Of a DNA stretch of 37,480 bases, positions 27,113 to 35,433 are shown in pieces. The notes under the pieces are model-generated. The model saw only the letters and a program-made list of their open reading frames with translations. It was not told the origin of the DNA and did not search any database. The stretch spans positions 1-37,480 of the forward strand of contig JBHLRS010000015.1 in the NCBI GenBank assembly GCA_048882325.1. The letters run 5' to 3'. The DNA is from Candidatus Thorarchaeota archaeon (lineage in GTDB: Archaea; Asgardarchaeota; Thorarchaeia; Thorarchaeales; Thorarchaeaceae). The position numbers and the translations under genes are program-made. Position 1 is the stretch's first letter; each line of letters opens with the position of its first letter.

Positions 27113-28846
27113 ATGAGATTTAGAAATGGACTGAGAGCACTAGTAGTGGTATCTCTATTGGTATCACTTACGATTTCGTTAACCGCTTATGAAACAGAAT
27201 CTAGGAGTTTGGTTCATGGTTTCTCTATCCAAGACAACCTTGGTTATGCCATAACTGGATCGAGATATGATGGTGATCTTGGAGCTCACTTTAGTTGGAT
27301 TGATGATGTCAATGGCGATGCGATAGATGACTTCATCGTGAGTGCACCTTCGTTCACATATGCTAATGACCCAGGAAGAGTGTATTTGTTTCATGGAAAA
27401 CATGACCTATTATGGAACGAAATGACTTTAGCAGACGCTCAAGCCTCCTTCATTGGAGAAGTAGATGACGATTGGTTTGGAAGGTGGACTACAGGGCTTG
27501 GGGACATTGATGGGAACGGGTTTTCAGACTTCGCAATCTCAGCTATACGCAATGATGAAGTGGCTTTACATTCAGGAAAAGTCTACATCTATTTCGGTGA
27601 TTCGAATGTAAGTTGGGCATTAGATACGCCAGCAAACAAGTGCAACATCTCCATTACAGGAGAAGCAGCTGAAGATGCTTTGGGACATGGGGTATATGGC
27701 GTTGGTGACATGAATAATGATAGTTTTGACGATTTTATAGTATCCTCATTTTCAAATGAAGGAGGTACATTAGCTGGACAGCTCTATCTCTTTTATGGAC
27801 GGTCCCAGAGTAAGTGGCTAAGCACTTATTCAGCAGCTGATGCAAATGCGTCTTGGATTGGGAATCCCGGTGATTATGTTTCGTTGGACGCAGCTGGAGT
27901 GGGAGATATCAATAATGATGGATTTTCTGATTTTGCAATTGGCGCTTGGTCTAATGCGGATTCAGTGTCTTATCGTACAGTGTATTTAATTCTCGGAAAT
28001 GATGCAAACAACTGGTCAATGGATCAACCCATATCATTGTCAAATGCCTCCTTTGTCGGTAGTAATGATACTAACCTGGCTGGAATGCCTTACTTCTTAG
28101 ACTGGATATCAGGAGCTGGCGATGTGAATGGAGATGGATTTGATGATGTGTTAATAGGTGCTCATGATGAGGACAAGGAGGGGATTGATTCTGGAACAAC
28201 ATACCTCTTCTTTGGACGCTCAACTGGCAAGTTGAAACACAACATCACGTTCTCGGAGGCAAATGCTTCCTTTGTTGGTGAGGCTGCAAATGATTGGTCA
28301 GGCTCTTCCGTTGGTATAGTTGGTGATGTAAACAATGATACGTTTTCAGATTTCGTTATTGGTGCGCCAACAGAATTTGATCTTGTTAGCGCAAATGGTA
28401 GAGGTTCTGCCTACCTCTTCTTGGGAGGTCCTTCAGGTACTTGGGCAATGAACACATCAGTCCTTCTAGCAAACTACACATTCAGTGCGGAAACTGTTAA
28501 TGATGGCTTTGGCTTCCATGTGCGTGGAGTTGGCGACGTCAACAATGATAGCATGGATGATTTTGCCATCGGAGCACCATACTTCGACGCAGGTTATAGG
28601 AATGTTGGCAAGGCTTACATTATCCTTCATTATGACCAACCATCGACATGGACTGTGACCACAACAACTTCAACAACCTCAACCACTTCATCATCAACAT
28701 CCACAAGCACAACTACCACCACTACTACTACATCTAATCCAACAGAAACTCCGCCACCATTTGATATGACAACATTGTTGATGATCGCGGTGCCAGTCAT
28801 ATTGGTTATAATTGTGGGTATCGTCGTACTGGTGAAAAGAAGGTAA
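27113..28846 (+). CDS. FG-GAP repeat (integrin-alpha-like beta-propeller) cell-surface protein
   Basis: Seven D[VIM][ND][GN][DN]xxxD[FV]x[IV][GS][AS] repeats; signal peptide; Thr/Ser stalk; TM + KRR; many N-x-S/T sequons. Confidence 0.9.
   Translation: MRFRNGLRALVVVSLLVSLTISLTAYETESRSLVHGFSIQDNLGYAITGSRYDGDLGAHFSWIDDVNGDAIDDFIVSAPSFTYANDPGRVYLFHGKHDLLWNEMTLADAQASFIGEVDDDWFGRWTTGLGDIDGNGFSDFAISAIRNDEVALHSGKVYIYFGDSNVSWALDTPANKCNISITGEAAEDALGHGVYGVGDMNNDSFDDFIVSSFSNEGGTLAGQLYLFYGRSQSKWLSTYSAADANASWIGNPGDYVSLDAAGVGDINNDGFSDFAIGAWSNADSVSYRTVYLILGNDANNWSMDQPISLSNASFVGSNDTNLAGMPYFLDWISGAGDVNGDGFDDVLIGAHDEDKEGIDSGTTYLFFGRSTGKLKHNITFSEANASFVGEAANDWSGSSVGIVGDVNNDTFSDFVIGAPTEFDLVSANGRGSAYLFLGGPSGTWAMNTSVLLANYTFSAETVNDGFGFHVRGVGDVNNDSMDDFAIGAPYFDAGYRNVGKAYIILHYDQPSTWTVTTTTSTTSTTSSSTSTSTTTTTTTTSNPTETPPPFDMTTLLMIAVPVILVIIVGIVVLVKRR
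28652..28735 (+). repeat. Low-complexity Thr/Ser codon run (stalk of the FG-GAP protein)
   Basis: ACx/TCx run encoding TVTTTTSTTSTTSSSTSTSTTTTTTTTS. Confidence 0.75.
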
Positions 28847-28848
28847 TT

Positions 28849-28883
28849 GTGAAGGAGAAGAGTAAATGCTCTTCTCCAATCAC
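28849..28883. terminator. Probable bidirectional terminator hairpin between convergent genes
   Basis: GGAGAAGAGT-AAAT-GCTCTTCTCC (28854-28877), outer GTGA/TCAC, then CCTTTTT. Confidence 0.65.
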
Positions 28884-28889
28884 CCTTTT

Positions 28890-30782
28890 TCACATAAGGT
28901 GTAACTCATCGATATCCACTTGAGATTCTGAATCTCTCAGAGCAAGCTGGTAGGCTGGTTGCACCATCTCCGAACTACTCTTCTTGGTGAACCTGAATGG
29001 ACTTGCAGTCTGACGAATTAGACCTCTCTCAACGAACTCCACCATATCAAGAGGAAGCCAGATATCACTGAAGTGAACCTTTAGGTCATAGTAGGGAATC
29101 TCACGCTCTTTCTCAAGCAAGCGAATGATTGGTTTCACAAATGTCGTAAGATGTTCGTCTAAGTAGTTCTCCATCTTCTCTAGAACCTCATTTATCACAT
29201 CCCAAGTTTTCTCAGGGGTATGGATCATATCTGTGAATATCGTCTTGAAGAATTCTGGATTGAACTTCAGAGCTTGTTCAGTTGACTCTCTCAAGGGTAT
29301 TGTTCGATTCATGAACACTTCTATGTTCGCCATGCGTCGTATCCCTGACATCATGAAGTTCAGTGCAAAGTGAGGATCATCCTTCACATAGAGTGCTTTA
29401 TGCGCCTTATTGATGAGATCTTTGCAGAAGACATAGTTTAGTAAGAGAAGATCCTCAACATCACGTGTACCAATATTCTGGACATCCTCGTAGAGGTCCA
29501 AAATGGTATCATCTCGCGAGAAAAGGAGCTTGCTCTTCGAGAAATATGAGTGGAAGATACTACCATCTTTGACTCTGTGAGTTCCCTTTCGGAAGTAGTC
29601 TCTGGTCAATACCTCTCCTTCGATGAAGACATCTTTCTCGATAAACACTCGCTGCAGACTGTAGGGTTCATCTCGAGTTACAATCATCACATCGATGTCT
29701 GACTTCTCCCAGACTGTGTCATAGGATAGACTACCTGCTAGCATTAGGTTGAGCACATATTCGTCCCTCTCAACCTTCTTAGTGAGTTCATCTATTGCAC
29801 TCTGGTAGTCTGTATGGACGCGCGATTGTTCGACATCAGAAGGTCCAATCCTAGTTGGAATCACATCGCTGGGATCGAATGAGTTCCAGCTAAAGTGGTA
29901 ATTTGGTTCGTTGTATTCAACTACTCCTTTCTTAGTGAGTTTTCTTGGTGACACAGTTCGCCTCAGGATTTTCCGTCTATGTAGGTGTTCCAATACAAAG
30001 AACCTAAGACCTCGTGGACCAAAGTACGTTTCCAGGTCTGTCTGAGTTGCTGAGCCCCCGTTCTCAGAAATGTAGTCTAATATCATCTTATGTGCATCGA
30101 TGTCGATAGAGTCCAAAAACTCGTAGGCTAACTTCAAAGTCCTCTCAAGCGACTCCTTTGTGACCTCGGTGTCTATCAGCTCGTCGAAAAGTATCGGAAA
30201 GAGTTCAGGTAGATATTCTCTCCCCTTGAGGATGACCTCCCGTGGTGGCCAGACATCGTTCAGATAACAGAGAAGGTAACCAAGCTCGCTCATGCCGTGT
30301 ATTACTGAGTGAAAGCTGTGTGCAAGATCATCCCGAATATAGAGGTACTTTTCAGCCTTCTCGAAGTCGTATCGAACTGCTCCGTGATAGATGATTTGCT
30401 GTAGTCTTCTGTCCCTAAGTCCGACCTTCTTACTGAGATTCTTGTAAAAGTCAGTAAATGAGCAATCTCTCGAAAACACAAGCTTGCTATAGGCAAGGGA
30501 CTGGAGTGCCCCTCTGCCTCGGGGACTTTGTATCCGTCGCATGAAGCCATCTCGACTATATACCTGAATGTCAATAGGTACTCCGTTTTCAATCAGACGC
30601 GTAGTCCTGTACTGTCCTTCATCCACGATGACAAAGGCGTTGATGTTCGATCTCTCAGTGACTTCATCATACGCCATGCTCCCATAGAGAATGATAGCGA
30701 GTACCCTGCTGTCTTGCTTCGCTCGCTCGATGAAGCTCGATAGTGCATCATCGAATTGCTTTCTGACCTGTGGATCTTCCAT
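28890..30782 (-). CDS. Internally duplicated Pol-beta-superfamily nucleotidyltransferase-like protein (2 x [NTase + helical domain + wHTH-like]; YgxA-like layout)
   Basis: Module 1 LYGSMAYDEVTERSNINAFV...SKLVFSRD...KLTKKG; module 2 LAGSLSYDTVWEKSDIDVMI...SKLLFSRD...RFTKKS; ATG 30782 after AAGGAG, 19 nt after the uvrA stop. Confidence 0.8.
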   Translation of the reverse strand: MEDPQVRKQFDDALSSFIERAKQDSRVLAIILYGSMAYDEVTERSNINAFVIVDEGQYRTTRLIENGVPIDIQVYSRDGFMRRIQSPRGRGALQSLAYSKLVFSRDCSFTDFYKNLSKKVGLRDRRLQQIIYHGAVRYDFEKAEKYLYIRDDLAHSFHSVIHGMSELGYLLCYLNDVWPPREVILKGREYLPELFPILFDELIDTEVTKESLERTLKLAYEFLDSIDIDAHKMILDYISENGGSATQTDLETYFGPRGLRFFVLEHLHRRKILRRTVSPRKLTKKGVVEYNEPNYHFSWNSFDPSDVIPTRIGPSDVEQSRVHTDYQSAIDELTKKVERDEYVLNLMLAGSLSYDTVWEKSDIDVMIVTRDEPYSLQRVFIEKDVFIEGEVLTRDYFRKGTHRVKDGSIFHSYFSKSKLLFSRDDTILDLYEDVQNIGTRDVEDLLLLNYVFCKDLINKAHKALYVKDDPHFALNFMMSGIRRMANIEVFMNRTIPLRESTEQALKFNPEFFKTIFTDMIHTPEKTWDVINEVLEKMENYLDEHLTTFVKPIIRLLEKEREIPYYDLKVHFSDIWLPLDMVEFVERGLIRQTASPFRFTKKSSSEMVQPAYQLALRDSESQVDIDELHLM

Positions 30783-30801
30783 ATGTTTCAACTCCTTTGG
30801 T

Positions 30802-33636
30802 TCAGGAAGATTCCACGACATTCTGGAGGTATTGACCTGTGTAGGACTGCTCACACTGGATGATGTCCTCGACTGTTCCTTCCACAATGACCTCGCCACC
30901 TTCAGCCCCGCCTTCAGGACCGAGATCGATCACCCAGTCTGCTGACTTGATGATGTCGAGGTGGTGTTCGATGACAATGACAGTGTTCCCCGCATCTACG
31001 AGCTTATTAATGGTCTTCAGGAGCATCTTAATATCCTCCATATGAAGACCCACACTGGGTTCATCCATGATGTAGAGGTTGTCCTTCAGTCTCTTGAGTT
31101 TCCCGAGCTCCTTTGCCAGCTTGATCCTCTGACTCTCACCGCCACTTAACGTGGGAGCTGGTTGACCAAGTTTCAAGTAACCGAGGCCAAGCTCCATCAT
31201 GGTCTTCGTCTTGTGATAGATGAGACGCGTGTCCTTGAAGAACTTGTTCGCCTCCTCGACTGTCATATTAAGAACATCGCCAATGTTCTTGCCTCTGTAC
31301 GTTACCTCCAAGACTTCTTCTGAGTATCTAGCGCCTTTGCAGATAGGACATACTGTCTGGATATCAGGCATGTATTGCAGCTCGATACGAACCAGTCCTT
31401 CCCCATTACATTCTGTGCATCTACCCTCTGTGGAGTTATAGCTGAACCTCCCTACCTTGTAGCCACGTTCCTTTGCTGTTTCGGCATCTGCAAAGAGTCT
31501 ACGTATCTTGTCGAAGAAACCGACATATGTGATTGGAGTCGAACGTGAATGCCTACCAATAGGCGACTGGTCCACAATTCGAACATCCACGATATTGTCA
31601 ATGCCTTCTAGTTTGTCCAATTTGCCGGGTATAACTCTAAGGTCCCTCATATCATGAATGAGCTTCTTTCCGAGGACATCCTCAATGAGTGTGCTCTTGC
31701 CAGATCCTGAAACCCCTGTTATACAGATGAAGACTCCAAGTGGGAATTCTACATCAATGCCCTTCAGATTGTTCTCTCGAGCTCCTATCACCTTGAGAAT
31801 CTTGCCATTAGGTTTCCGTGACTTCCCAAAGTAGGGTATCTTCTTCTTCCCAGTAAGGTAGTGACCAGTCAGAAACTTCGGGTCCTTCACTACTTCATCG
31901 TACTCACCCTGAGCTACTATCTTGCCACCATGCGCACCTGGACCTGGACCTATCTCTATGATGTTATCTGCCTGTCTAATAGTGTCTAAATCATGTTCAA
32001 TGACAATGACCGTGTTTCCAGTGTCTCTTAATCGCTTCAGGATGTCCACGATTCTGTTACTATCACGCATGTGAAGTCCAATGCTGGGTTCATCTAAAAC
32101 ATAGAGCATCCCCATAAGCTCTGAACCCAGCTGGGTAGAGAGTTTGATTCTCTGGGCCTCTCCAGCAGATAAGGTACGAGCTCGCCTGTTCAGCCGCAGG
32201 TAGTAGAGTCCTATGTCCACCAGGAGTTGGATACGTTTCCGCAGTTCGAAAATGACCTGATTACCAGCCTTTTCCCTGTCTTTAGGAATCTTGACAGAGT
32301 CCACAAACTCAAGGAGATGGTTGACGAAGTACTCACCTAGTTCGTCAATGTTCTTGTCATCAACGGTGACCAACAAACGCTGAGGGATGAGTTTCCGGCC
32401 CTCGCAGTCCGGACATGTGTGTTCAGACATGAATCTCTTGTACCAGTCGTAGCGTTCTCCCTTTTTTCTATCATTCCTGTAGAATCTGTCTATGTAGTTA
32501 CAGATTCCCAGATACCTGACCTTTTTACCTGTGTCACGATGCCGATACTTGTTTGGCCAGTCAGGAGGCTCTTGAAGGATAAACTCCTCTTCAATACCAA
32601 AGAGTATCTGGTTCTGTACATCTTGTGAAAGTTCCCCAAATGGAGTATCCAAGTCAAATTTCAACTGCTTGCAGAGACTGTACATCCAATACTTCGGGTA
32701 CCACTGCAAGGCACCTTTTGGCAGAGTCTTCTTCGGGTCTACAATGACAAGTCTAGAATCTGCCTTCATGATTGTCCCAACTCCTAAGCAAGTGGAACAT
32801 GCATTTTCTGGAAGGTTTGCTGAGAATGCTCCTGGGAGAAGTGTGTGCATCACTATGCGATGCCTCTTACATCCAAAGTTCGAAAAGAACTTCTCCTTGA
32901 CTTCTTTGGATATCCGCTCATCTGAGAACTCAAACCGGATGAACCCACTTCCTACGTTCTTTGCGTTCTCTATTGATATTGCAAACTGATGATACAGATC
33001 CTTCTTGATGATAATCCGATCGACAAGAACTTCGATTCGATAGTCCTTTTCTTCATCAAGTTCGATCTTGTCACTGATGGAGAATGACTCACCATCAACC
33101 TTGATCCGCTTGTAGCCCTTCGTTCGAATGTCATCGAAGAGGTATGGATAGTCCTCATCATAGATCTTGTTCACAGGAGCAAGAATCTCAACACTAGTCC
33201 CCTCTGGGAGTGTCATGAGGTGATCAACAATTTGGTTTGCATTACGTGTATGGATCTTCTTGTTGCAGTATGGACAATGCGCCTGTCCGAGTACAGAGAA
33301 CAGGATTCTCATGTAGCTCGATATATCTGTCATACTGCCCACACTTGATCTCGGATTCTGTGTTCCAGTCCTCTGTTGGATTGCAACAACTGGAGATAGT
33401 CCAAGTATCGAGTCAACATCCGCTCGTTCCAACATCGGTAGCATGGTACGAGAGGTTGCTGACATGGACTCGAAGAACTTACGCTGTCCCTCTGAGAAAA
33501 TAACATCAAAAGCCAGCGACGTTTTCCCCGATCCTGACACACCTGTGACAACTGTCAGTTTGTCTCGGGGAATATCCACATCTATATTCTTTAGATTATT
33601 CGTCCTAGCACCCTTTACACTAATGTGTTCTCTCAT
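30802..33636 (-). CDS. uvrA: Excinuclease ABC subunit A-like ABC ATPase (divergent UvrA)
   Basis: [55 protein letters not shown] x2, Zn ligands CPYC..CKRH, CSTC..CPDC, CTEC..CPIC; ATG 33636 after GGGAGG. Confidence 0.92.
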   Translation of the reverse strand: MREHISVKGARTNNLKNIDVDIPRDKLTVVTGVSGSGKTSLAFDVIFSEGQRKFFESMSATSRTMLPMLERADVDSILGLSPVVAIQQRTGTQNPRSSVGSMTDISSYMRILFSVLGQAHCPYCNKKIHTRNANQIVDHLMTLPEGTSVEILAPVNKIYDEDYPYLFDDIRTKGYKRIKVDGESFSISDKIELDEEKDYRIEVLVDRIIIKKDLYHQFAISIENAKNVGSGFIRFEFSDERISKEVKEKFFSNFGCKRHRIVMHTLLPGAFSANLPENACSTCLGVGTIMKADSRLVIVDPKKTLPKGALQWYPKYWMYSLCKQLKFDLDTPFGELSQDVQNQILFGIEEEFILQEPPDWPNKYRHRDTGKKVRYLGICNYIDRFYRNDRKKGERYDWYKRFMSEHTCPDCEGRKLIPQRLLVTVDDKNIDELGEYFVNHLLEFVDSVKIPKDREKAGNQVIFELRKRIQLLVDIGLYYLRLNRRARTLSAGEAQRIKLSTQLGSELMGMLYVLDEPSIGLHMRDSNRIVDILKRLRDTGNTVIVIEHDLDTIRQADNIIEIGPGPGAHGGKIVAQGEYDEVVKDPKFLTGHYLTGKKKIPYFGKSRKPNGKILKVIGARENNLKGIDVEFPLGVFICITGVSGSGKSTLIEDVLGKKLIHDMRDLRVIPGKLDKLEGIDNIVDVRIVDQSPIGRHSRSTPITYVGFFDKIRRLFADAETAKERGYKVGRFSYNSTEGRCTECNGEGLVRIELQYMPDIQTVCPICKGARYSEEVLEVTYRGKNIGDVLNMTVEEANKFFKDTRLIYHKTKTMMELGLGYLKLGQPAPTLSGGESQRIKLAKELGKLKRLKDNLYIMDEPSVGLHMEDIKMLLKTINKLVDAGNTVIVIEHHLDIIKSADWVIDLGPEGGAEGGEVIVEGTVEDIIQCEQSYTGQYLQNVVESS

Positions 33637-33652
33637 GCAATCATGCCTCCCC

Positions 33653-33708
33653 ACATCAGTTCTACCATATGCCTCCATTCGCGATGAAGGGGCAGTATAG
33701 CCTGATGT
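33653..33708 (-). promoter_or_regulatory. Extended stem-loop in the 5' leader of uvrA
   Basis: Minus strand ACATCAG/CTGATGT, GCTATA/TATGGT, TGCC/GGCA, TTCAT/ATGGA closing loop CGCGA; ends directly before the RBS. Confidence 0.5.
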
Positions 33709-33718
33709 CAGCTTGAGG

Positions 33719-33737
33719 TTTCTCACGATATGAGAAA
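33719..33737. promoter_or_regulatory. Operator-like inverted repeat in the uvrA divergent promoter region
   Basis: TTTCTCA-CGATA-TGAGAAA. Confidence 0.45.
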
Positions 33738-33835
33738 GTAGTCACGACTCACAAGTGAACGGTATATACATTATTTGGTCTCAGTAGAAACCAATTACCA
33801 ATACATTGATATTCATAACTATAGTTAACTAACTG

Positions 33836-34120
33836 GTGATAACTATCTCAAAAGAGAAATTTGTTCGAGATAAACCTCACGTGAATATTGGATTATATGT
33901 GGGTCTCTTCATTGCTGTCTTCGCCTTAGCATCAGGATTAACATACTTTTATCCCGACACTATCCTACCAGGTTATTATCTCTTGACTCCGGGTACAAGT
34001 TCACTACGAGATCCTTTGCTGCTGACTGGTAGGATTCTCCTGAACGGTGGAGTCTACGGAGCTTTGGCGGTTGTCATTGGTACTATGATATTGAAAGGCA
34101 AGAAGATTCTTCAAAATTAG
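33836..34120 (+). CDS. Small two-TM membrane protein with EF-Tu-like N-terminal peptide
   Basis: SKEKFVRDKPHVNIG followed by two hydrophobic helices and a KGKK tail; start GTG 33836 or non-canonical ATC 33845. Confidence 0.7.
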   Translation: MITISKEKFVRDKPHVNIGLYVGLFIAVFALASGLTYFYPDTILPGYYLLTPGTSSLRDPLLLTGRILLNGGVYGALAVVIGTMILKGKKILQN

Positions 34121-34286
34121 ACCTCACTAGAGTGAACGTTACGTGCATGATTTGTTTTCAATGGGAACTGAAAGGTTTCGGTGAGATAATTCTCAATTCA
34201 GTGTCGCGTAGCAATATCGAAAATCATCATTTGGAATTAATAGAAACACAATACCATCTTAAGTGGAATTGACTTTGAGTTATTCG

Positions 34287-34724
34287 ATGTTCGATATAGA
34301 GGTTGCTACCCGGGAGGACTTGAAGGATATCAAGAAACTCCTAGAATCAATTGAAATCCCTTCTGATGAGATAGATCCGGAAGTTACAACGTTTTTTGTT
34401 ATGCGTGATGTCTCCAGAAGAATCATAGCATGTGTTGGACTTGAACTCTTTACAGACGCCGCATTAATCACCTCATTCGCCATTGAGCCCGCTCATCGTG
34501 GTGATGGACTTGGTGCAAGTCTTGTAGACAGGAGCCTGGAAGAAGCTTTGCAAGCCGGCTCAGATGCTGTGTACCTGTGCACAGCGCAAGCTCCTGAATT
34601 ATTCCTGAACATCGGTTTCGTCAACATCGACCGAGATGAACTACCACAAGAAATACGGGGATCGTATGTGTTTAAGAGTGACTGTCCCTTTGTTGCTGCA
34701 TACATGAAGAAGAGCACCTACTGA
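34287..34724 (+). CDS. GNAT N-acetyltransferase (ArsN2/ArgA-like), copy 1
   Basis: IACVGLE, HRGDGLG acetyl-CoA motif, VYLCT, C-terminal CP. Confidence 0.85.
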   Translation: MFDIEVATREDLKDIKKLLESIEIPSDEIDPEVTTFFVMRDVSRRIIACVGLELFTDAALITSFAIEPAHRGDGLGASLVDRSLEEALQAGSDAVYLCTAQAPELFLNIGFVNIDRDELPQEIRGSYVFKSDCPFVAAYMKKSTY

Positions 34725-34979
34725 AGTACAATAGAACATACTTTACCAATATTCACCTACAACGAAAGAGACTCACAAGAATATTCTATCCCCATAGAAT
34801 CCTGAACCAAAGAACACTGGACCTCCCCAAAGACCTACATCATCCACATCGTCATCGTACATAGGTGTTTCAGGCCAGCTATCATTGAGTGATGCAAAAT
34901 ATAACTCCCACTAAGTCAATTGAGAAAACCCTCCGTTAGAGATACCAAAATAAGTAGGAGTTCCATCGAGTAATGTGCA

Positions 34980-35417
34980 ATGCTTAATATTGAAACAGCA
35001 TCATTTGAGGATATTGAAGACATCAAAAACCTTTTAGACTCAGCTGAAGTGCCCTCAGATGATATAGACCCAGATTTCACTACATTCTTTATTGTGCGTG
35101 ATGACTCCAAGAAGATTATAGCTTGCATCGGTCTTGAAATATTCACTGGTACTGCACTACTGACTTCGTTTGCTGTTGACCCAGACCACAGAGGAGATGG
35201 AATTGGAGTTAATCTTGTGGACCGGTTATTGGAAGAGGCGTTCAAAAAAGGGTCTGAGACTGTATACCTCTGTACAGCTCAAGCTCCAGAACTTTTTCTG
35301 AGTATTGGATTTGTAGGAATCGATTTGGATGATGTACCAGAAGAGATACGTAGGTCTCACGTTTTCAAGAATGAATGCCCATTTGTAGCTGCGTACATGA
35401 GGAAGAGAACCTACTGA
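34980..35417 (+). CDS. GNAT N-acetyltransferase (ArsN2/ArgA-like), copy 2
   Basis: HRGDGIG, VYLCTAQAPELFL, CPFVAAYM; gapless alignment with copy 1. Confidence 0.85.
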   Translation: MLNIETASFEDIEDIKNLLDSAEVPSDDIDPDFTTFFIVRDDSKKIIACIGLEIFTGTALLTSFAVDPDHRGDGIGVNLVDRLLEEAFKKGSETVYLCTAQAPELFLSIGFVGIDLDDVPEEIRRSHVFKNECPFVAAYMRKRTY

Positions 35418-35433
35418 AAGAATGATTGACCGT

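Noticed and set aside
28890-30782. CBASS CD-NTase or MNT-HEPN toxin-antitoxin call
   Set aside because: No Cap effector or E1/E2/JAB genes nearby and no convincing HEPN RNase partner gene; the architecture is much longer than an MNT.
30783-30899. N-terminal extensions given by the ORF track (also 33637-33726, 7419-7460, 24214-24240, 17621-17659)
   Set aside because: They overlap upstream genes or leaders; the downstream starts have RBS-like motifs and/or match where the family domain begins.
33653-33708. Known riboswitch, SECIS or tRNA
   Set aside because: Could not match a fluoride/SAM/TPP consensus or a cloverleaf; neighbouring ORFs show no in-frame TGA needing recoding.
33836-34120. tuf/EF-1alpha gene or pseudogene
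   Set aside because: Similarity ends before GHVDHGKT, and I saw no continuation of the GTPase domain downstream.
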